From Phoronis australis (lineage: Eukaryota > Animalia > Phoronida), in assembly GCA_002633005.1 (NCBI GenBank), contig NMRA01000554.1:218282-282281 (forward strand): a stretch of 64,000 nt of DNA, written 5' to 3'. A model generated the notes under the pieces. It was given only the letters and a program-made list of their open reading frames with translations, did no database searches and had not been told where the DNA came from. Made by a program: the position numbers and the translations under genes. This document shows, in pieces, positions 62,001 to 64,000 of the stretch (position 1 is the stretch's first letter; the number at the start of each line of letters is the position of its first letter).

Positions 62001-63726
62001 TAATGTGTAGCAAGAAAAAAAATTTTGCAGAACCACCTTCAGCCACACAAAATCTGTTCACAGCTTATTCAAGTTCAATGGTTAGAGAGCTGCAACTCAA
62101 GCCAAATCTCCTGCCAGGTATGAACAGCTCCCACAATTCATGGTAACTCAATTCACAGTCCTTTTGTTCACTTAGTCACCATAATATTGTGTCAGCCAGG
62201 TGTACATATCAGAGAAAGGTGTTGCGGAAAATGCTATAACGACAGATACTCCATTTCGTAGTTGGTTTCTTGATATCAGTCTCCCTGACGTGTGGTTCAT
62301 ATGCACCGTTGACCCACTAAAGTTAACTCCCCTAACCTACTTTGACTCGAGGAGTTCAAACCCAACTTACAAAATTAAAATGACGTTTTAGACATAATTA
62401 AGTTAATTACGCACTGCAACTTCAAGTGACATTATGAGTGAATGCTGAAATAATGGATATGATTAAGACGTGTGTAGGTTACGTTGCCCAAAAAAAGTTC
62501 TCAACAAATAATTAAGCAAAAACTGACAGATTTTGAAGACTTGAGACGTTTTCTGCTTTTTCTCGGCATCGGCAAATCAAATTAATTTCAACTTTGGAAC
62601 ACGAGTTCTCGAAAACACTGGATTTCTCTGAAACTTTCCACTTTCAATTTTTATAATCTCAAAAACGTTGCCACTATTTTCATTTTAAAGGACATAGGAA
62701 GCAAACTACACGAGTAATCAAAAATTTCTAACAGTGTTTTTGAGATAAACTGTGAAGTTCTCATTTAAGGGGTTTCACTACAATCGACTGAGGGGTTATT
62801 TAGCTATGAATGTATCTTTCTTAAAAATGAAAAATGAAGTTTAAAAAGGTGGTAACGCAATAATAATAATTACAAAAATATCAAACGTATTTTTATAATC
62901 CCTGGTCTTTCTGCTTTCAGAAAACATATACTTTTACTGGTTGACATAGCCTAGTGTTTTGATATGTGAGTTAGAATGGAGGTCACAAAATAAGGTTTGA
63001 GATATCCTTAAAGTGAAACTTACACGCGAATTCCTTATCTCTGTGATTGCTTGGTCAAATTAATTAGAAACACAACACAGCAATGATATGAACATGAAGT
63101 ACGTTGAAAATTGCCAAACGTTTTTTAAGAACGAGTTTTGTATCAGAAATGATCCGCCGTAAATTACTCAACTGTGTCCAGTAAGTATCGTGATGTGGTG
63201 ATGGGGAATAACACTGCATGATGCGGGCTATGTGAGCACACAAGGTACGTCATTAGTGCAAAGATCGCCTATTTGAAGAATTTTTTGTTTTCACATTTAC
63301 AAGTTGTCAATGAATACAAATTCACTTTGTTTAGCATAGATGATGATCAAATAGCATTGTCATTTAGTTCCTGCTATACATTAGCATAGTTAGGAGCATG
63401 CAAATACATCTTTAACTACTAAACACCTTGTCTCATACCTAGGTATGTAATACAACTTAAAACTTGTGAATAATTGATTTGGTGCTATTTTTTACAAAAA
63501 ATAGGAAGCCGCAGATTTGCCTACAGTGCCCTAAACTGATAAGACTTTACCATAATGTGGTCCTTACTTTTGATGGTGTTGTCTTCTCAGCTGACCTCTT
63601 ATCACCCGCTTTCTTAGCACCAGATACATCGGGAGGAGGGATTTTAACACCAGCTTCACTTAACTTAGACTGAAGGTCTTTAACAACTTTTGACTTCTTG
63701 TCTGTTGCTTGTTTAAACTCAAGAGC
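19883..63726 (-). CDS. ZFC3H1: Zinc finger C3H1 domain-containing protein (PAXT adaptor), 3' 20 coding exons, 1077 aa; 5' part lies beyond the window
   Basis: complement join of 63568-63726, 61013-61552, 60180-60286, 59378-59497, 58864-58982, 57856-58074, 55495-55642, 53891-54077, 29015-29200, 27985-28134, 27346-27530, 26754-26874, 25884-26065, 25179-25289, 24503-24607, 23748-24014, 23140-23241, 22574-22613, 20781-20843, 19883-20005; all GT-AG, phases consistent, 3234 nt open. Diagnostic: HFKAYRFS...CRFDLMGSCNDDKCPWQH zinc finger, DVRYF, ALNVLARGLE, then HAT/TPR-like repeats ending LPFSAAIWKD. Confidence 0.93.
20781..20843 (-). CDS. ZFC3H1: ZFC3H1 exon
   Basis: tttcag|VRKLFWKAVQTLPFSAAIWKD|gtaaga. 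Confidence 0.9.
21281..21419. repeat. 44-bp tandem repeat, ~3.2 copies
   Basis: aacttgggtctacagaaggctctcatgcttt(c)taaacggtattt at 21281, 21325, 21369. Confidence 0.95.
22574..22613 (-). CDS. ZFC3H1: ZFC3H1 40-nt mini-exon
   Basis: ttgccag|(M)VIAINLQLKETLE|gtagtg; required to restore phase 2 to 0. Confidence 0.8.
23140..23241 (-). CDS. ZFC3H1: ZFC3H1 exon
   Basis: tttcag|(R)ACEHALKMEDLHVAKYLCCCAIYDKPASVNLWK|gtaaaa. Confidence 0.85.
23748..24014 (-). CDS. ZFC3H1: ZFC3H1 exon
   Basis: atgtag|(R)YLEYMKDEL...LVRRCLASMP...DYSFHNRV...MPDNYRLVL|gtaatc. Confidence 0.9.
24503..24607 (-). CDS. ZFC3H1: ZFC3H1 exon
   Basis: tttag|(C)MLLDIQGYHDQITEVYETALCTLKSTQHVKLMWL|gtaagt. Confidence 0.88.
25179..25289 (-). 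CDS. ZFC3H1: ZFC3H1 exon
   Basis: ttgcag|(C)KVLDLPLPLNYTAPSFKNDVSPDMLSSHAVYLWSNY|gtcagt. Confidence 0.85.
25884..26065 (-). CDS. ZFC3H1: ZFC3H1 exon
   Basis: ctag|VYSEGISAAPSYIPLLNAAATFENSQENSDRALEILESCVIGLFIVDRSDSTVCDPNLLY|gtaaga. Confidence 0.87.
26754..26874 (-). CDS. ZFC3H1: ZFC3H1 exon (TPR-like)
   Basis: ttacag|(R)FDVAAEIYRKLLKASPSLGEVWLLLAKLHEQSNNIEAARK|gtgatc. Confidence 0.88.
27346..27530 (-). CDS. ZFC3H1: ZFC3H1 exon
   Basis: tgcag|EEVTLDW...CLALYSNLVLFQIQVCK|gtgagt. Confidence 0.87.
27985..28134 (-). CDS. ZFC3H1: ZFC3H1 exon
   Basis: tttcag|KSLKSDWFSNLCVKDQCTAWLCYISLLEFHCLP...RLVKE|gtctgt; resembles human DRCLAWLAYIHLIEFNILP. Confidence 0.87.
29015..29200 (-). CDS. ZFC3H1: ZFC3H1 exon downstream of the 24.7-kb intron
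   Basis: tttcag|CLSAAPTFLQKTDICQQL...SKQLLESILIQAWLNVHGGQYRTAVQYLG|gtacgt. Confidence 0.88.
31520..31722 (+). pseudogene. Possible fossil hAT (Buster/Charlie-like) transposase fragment
   Basis: Reads RIINMTQSEEIEQQ ... WGSLCDNAPAVLGHNDSMGF, resembling RIxxMxxDIExQ and CTDGAPAMLG...GF motifs; interrupted by a stop; short. Confidence 0.3.
31724..32085 (-). mobile_element. 5'-truncated LINE 3' end (CR1/L2-group-like)
   Basis: Minus frame SSNF*LLIEVRQH...ECPFFSPVVEDKCHFLLACNTY resembles the ORF2 C-terminal zinc-knuckle (LxIExGR...EDExHFLLxCxxY); ends in ATAAAA(TTGA)n tail at 31724-31750. Confidence 0.7.
33763..34212 (+). mobile_element. Harbinger-like MITE, copy 1
   Basis: TTA flanks; ends AGCTGTTTTTACAC / GTGTAAATGCGACT; full-length diverged inverted copy at 51410-51850. 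Confidence 0.7.
35242..36926. mobile_element. Kolobok-like internally deleted DNA transposon with divergent THAP and KolX-like remnants
   Basis: TTAA duplication (35238-41, 36927-30); TIR AGGAGCATGCCACC / GGTGGCATTCTCCT; + remnant from ATG 36351 (..CQFEQEYSDEKILERR.., then VWSYL / GIRQALPTSA across a frameshift); weak - strand THAP-like start at 36210 (HCVTAFSCNKTN). Confidence 0.75.
38095..38598. mobile_element. Harbinger-like MITE
   Basis: Imperfect TIR AGGTCCTTTCATATTGACT vs revcomp AGGGCCTTTCATACTAACC; internal repeated gttcatac motifs. Confidence 0.55.
42441..42700. repeat. Degenerate 14-bp GT-rich minisatellite (~18 copies)
   Basis: Unit gtgttgtgtgg(c/t)gc; explains the His/Thr-rich and Cys/Val-rich spurious ORFs at 42413-42707. 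Confidence 0.9.
43258..45918 (+). CDS. Type-I transmembrane mucin-like glycoprotein, 886 aa, single coding exon, nested antisense in ZFC3H1 intron
   Basis: 2661-nt open frame; accATGG start 41 nt after acceptor ttgcag| (43216); signal-peptide-like MATKVTYLSVVLVLTVRIHA; Thr/Ser/Gln/Pro-rich ectodomain with 45-aa repeats and many N-x-S/T sequons; TM LGAGGIAAIVLGVVVVLLLFFIAFLVM; basic stop-transfer RHRRSK; short tail ending YNNEAYTMLDQ; AATAAA candidates at ~47499-48306. Confidence 0.9.
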   Translation: MATKVTYLSVVLVLTVRIHAAPTNNASITTPGQNATTSDFTRTQLQTTTKSDAESQSTNVTTQSTVTMPSVSVSVTRQLTSITTPTNKGTTEQYDETMQMSAVSASSQNPASAMQTSESAGQTPEVTASQSSGTTETPARATTTILKSTAHAPGTQQPDTETTQASLIPTIITVALPTSTKQPYQTTTQTNATTQPLEGTNKTTQETTQTSGTPTMVTTVLRTSTKQPSQTTTQTNAATQPSDGTNETTQVTMQTSGKTTMVTTSQPTSTKQPSQTTTQTNAATQPSEDTNKTTQEKTQTSGTPTMVTTSQPTSTKQPSQITTQTNAATQPSEDTNKTTQETTQTSGTPAMVTTVLRTSTKQPSQTTTQTNAATQPSMGTNKTTQEKTQTSGTPTMVTTSQPTSTKQPSQITTQTNAATQPSDGTNENTQVTTQTSGKTTMVTTAQPKTTTQTNASNQPPDGTNETTQETTQTSGITTMVTTVLRTSTKQPSQTTTQTTAATQSSDGTSKTIQETTQALVEDTTPTHSTVQQASEAITNKPGNKTETPRTSPSTSQSSTDASGTPAETTKQHVATTQISEVTSSLRTTQAAAVTTQISSQKSTIETTTGKTQSFTSTQTPVPSRQSPAVTTQISTPKAQSSADTTHTSEQTTQATEPTTQSMLATTQQSASPTQQSSTTVQSTEVATARTSRPYATSENPSSTTEQNEATTQLSRGSTKTPEVTTQLAQTTQAPAPKLTSVPTTQKLPQESTKASEAITATTNQPEVTMQTTGRSEQSRETTQQPKVTSKALTRTTQEPSSTPVPVTQKSTPTQEAETAASKGTADTVVHKPTLGAGGIAAIVLGVVVVLLLFFIAFLVMRHRRSKFLPLRNDFSYNNEAYTMLDQ
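43791..44806 (+). repeat. 135-bp (45-aa) coding tandem repeat, ~7.5 copies
   Basis: atctacaaaacagcctt recurs at 43791, 43926, 44061, 44196, 44331, 44466 and 44715; one unit has an in-frame 21-nt deletion. Confidence 0.95.
48315..48492 (+). mobile_element. Degenerate tRNA-derived SINE
   Basis: A-box-like gtggaggagtggttagtgc at the 5' end; 3' part catgctacagaaactag...ttacttttt resembles invertebrate SINE tails from memory; B box missing. Confidence 0.4.
49517..49538. repeat. (TG)n microsatellite
   Basis: ~11 TG units. Confidence 0.9.
51410..51850 (-). mobile_element. Harbinger-like MITE, copy 2 (inverted relative to 33763-34212)
   Basis: Shared blocks in reverse complement: ttccacgtggtttggac / gtccaaaccacgtggaa; gacacggagcaa / ttgctccgtgtc; gaacagctgatc / gatcagctgttc; both termini present. 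Confidence 0.75.
53891..54077 (-). CDS. ZFC3H1: ZFC3H1 exon upstream of the 24.7-kb intron (HAT repeat)
   Basis: ttgtag|(R)NESVGIDVALNVLARGLESNQSCPYLWLEYL...LAPSYEIYHK|gtaggg. Confidence 0.92.
55495..55642 (-). CDS. ZFC3H1: ZFC3H1 exon
   Basis: gttgaag|(D)ADDGGPQSDVRYFMLSNNHADELEATLKMNPTDIDTWIKLARRRRGAQ|gtaaga; acceptor weak but in phase and downstream of an in-frame TGA. Confidence 0.8.
55664..56660 (+). mobile_element. 5'-truncated L2/Crack-like LINE fragment split by a minisatellite
   Basis: ISALILRNFEYSHCSWYSKL...LQLCQNKIIRFL..SRTH...VNILP (55664-55843) and MYTIFHVSAP...SHRCNTRS...LQIP (56438-) resemble the post-RT region of L2/CR1-group ORF2; AATAAA at 56654. Confidence 0.75.
55841..56362. 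repeat. 16/18-bp minisatellite (gttaacactcgaccaa +/- gc)
   Basis: ~16 homogeneous 18-bp units left of the nnn at 56150-52, ~12 16-bp units right of it. Confidence 0.97.
56677..57010 (-). mobile_element. Partial second copy of the 2646-3455 MITE
   Basis: Reverse complement of ~3107-3457 (e.g. ttgaagcataatctgaga, gacgatcacataaatcggtt, tcttttccacaa). Confidence 0.8.
57011..57372. repeat. 70-bp tandem repeat, ~5.2 copies
   Basis: gcta(t/c)gaagtcatgagcataatc(a/c)ccacgtcaagaca(g/a)caatgtcaccatcttatctcaatataacttgc at 57011, 57081, 57151, 57221, 57291. Confidence 0.97.
57856..58074 (-). CDS. ZFC3H1: ZFC3H1 exon
   Basis: tttcag|(V)DYAEQFY...HVYPYNMFTDARRWRP...EEVN|gtacgt. Confidence 0.88.
58864..58982 (-). 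CDS. ZFC3H1: ZFC3H1 exon (end of zinc finger)
   Basis: ttgcag|(W)QHNAGMKMKDLDVLVDFLSYDP...LEKSL|gtaggt. Confidence 0.88.
59378..59497 (-). CDS. ZFC3H1: ZFC3H1 exon (C3H1 zinc finger)
   Basis: tttcag|(R)FSQHYRGKISSRTYANKINPKQLVCRFDLMGSCNDDKCP|gtaagg. Confidence 0.95.
60180..60286 (-). CDS. ZFC3H1: ZFC3H1 exon
   Basis: ttgcag|ISNSVIDSLFG...YNSSLNHFKAY|gtaggt. Confidence 0.88.
60845..61010. repeat. 27-bp tandem repeat, 6 copies, abutting a ZFC3H1 splice donor
   Basis: ataagcaacaacctaattgctcatatc x6; source of the spurious IISNNLIAH ORF. Confidence 0.95.
61013..61552 (-). CDS. ZFC3H1: ZFC3H1 exon (Lys-rich, coiled coil)
   Basis: ttctag|DVKKPKLQ...EKEKLRLQKLEREFAEKIRKLKEAQ...LPKRHSF...SALE|gtatga; 540 nt open. 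Confidence 0.88.
63568..63726 (-). CDS. ZFC3H1: ZFC3H1 exon (most upstream one in window)
   Basis: ttttag|ALEFKQATDKKSKVVKDLQSKLSEAGVKIPPP...TTPSK|gtaagg; phase 0-0. Confidence 0.8.
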
Positions 63727-63902
63727 CTAAAAACCACAAAACATAAGTCTCTGTAATTGTATAACATGCACAAGTCGAATCCAACCAGATAGGTTTTATC
63801 GCCGCGAGGCGAAATCTGACATTCGGAAAGTTTGAGTGCATTAACTAAATAAACAACTACTACAGCACGGAACTTTGTCAACTTAGACAAAGATATGACT
63901 TG

Positions 63903-64000
63903 CAGTGGCGGATTTAGAGGGGGACCAAGATTCCATTAGGCAGTACAGGGGTGCGATTGTCTGTCGGGCAAAGTCCTGGCTAATACTCTGCCCTGCCCCC
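63903..64000 (+). mobile_element. Possible start of a hAT-like MITE
   Basis: CAGTGGCGGATTTAGAGGGGG terminus and gccctgccccc, typical of short hAT-type MITE ends; other end outside window. Confidence 0.35.

Overview
AT-rich eukaryotic (animal, probably marine invertebrate) draft-assembly DNA with N gaps; not prokaryotic, so most listed ORFs are spurious and genes were rebuilt from splice sites by hand. Four protein genes are supported. (1) First coding exon of an ArfGAP2/3 gene (-, 3817-3888). (2) A complete 5-exon AMN1-like LRR gene (+, 4157-13479, 269 aa), head-to-head with ArfGAP2/3 (268 bp between ATGs), with a GC-AG intron and an apparently duplicated exon 4 that is probably an assembly artefact. 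(3) The 3' 20 exons (1077 aa) of ZFC3H1, the PAXT nuclear-exosome adaptor (-, 19883-63726, continues beyond the window). (4) An 886-aa cysteine-free type-I membrane mucin-like gene (+, 43258-45918) nested antisense in a 24.7-kb ZFC3H1 intron. Non-coding DNA is rich in repeats: two TTAA-flanked Kolobok-like transposon derivatives (one with 315-bp inverted arms that each carry the THAP start; one with divergent THAP and KolX/P2X7-ballast-like remnants), Harbinger- and Tc1/mariner-like MITEs, LINE and SINE fragments, a ~520-bp foldback and several minisatellites, one arising inside a LINE. No wholly new biological system is demonstrable from sequence alone; the best leads are the nested mucin and the two Kolobok derivatives. 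All family assignments rest on remembered motifs, not database searches.
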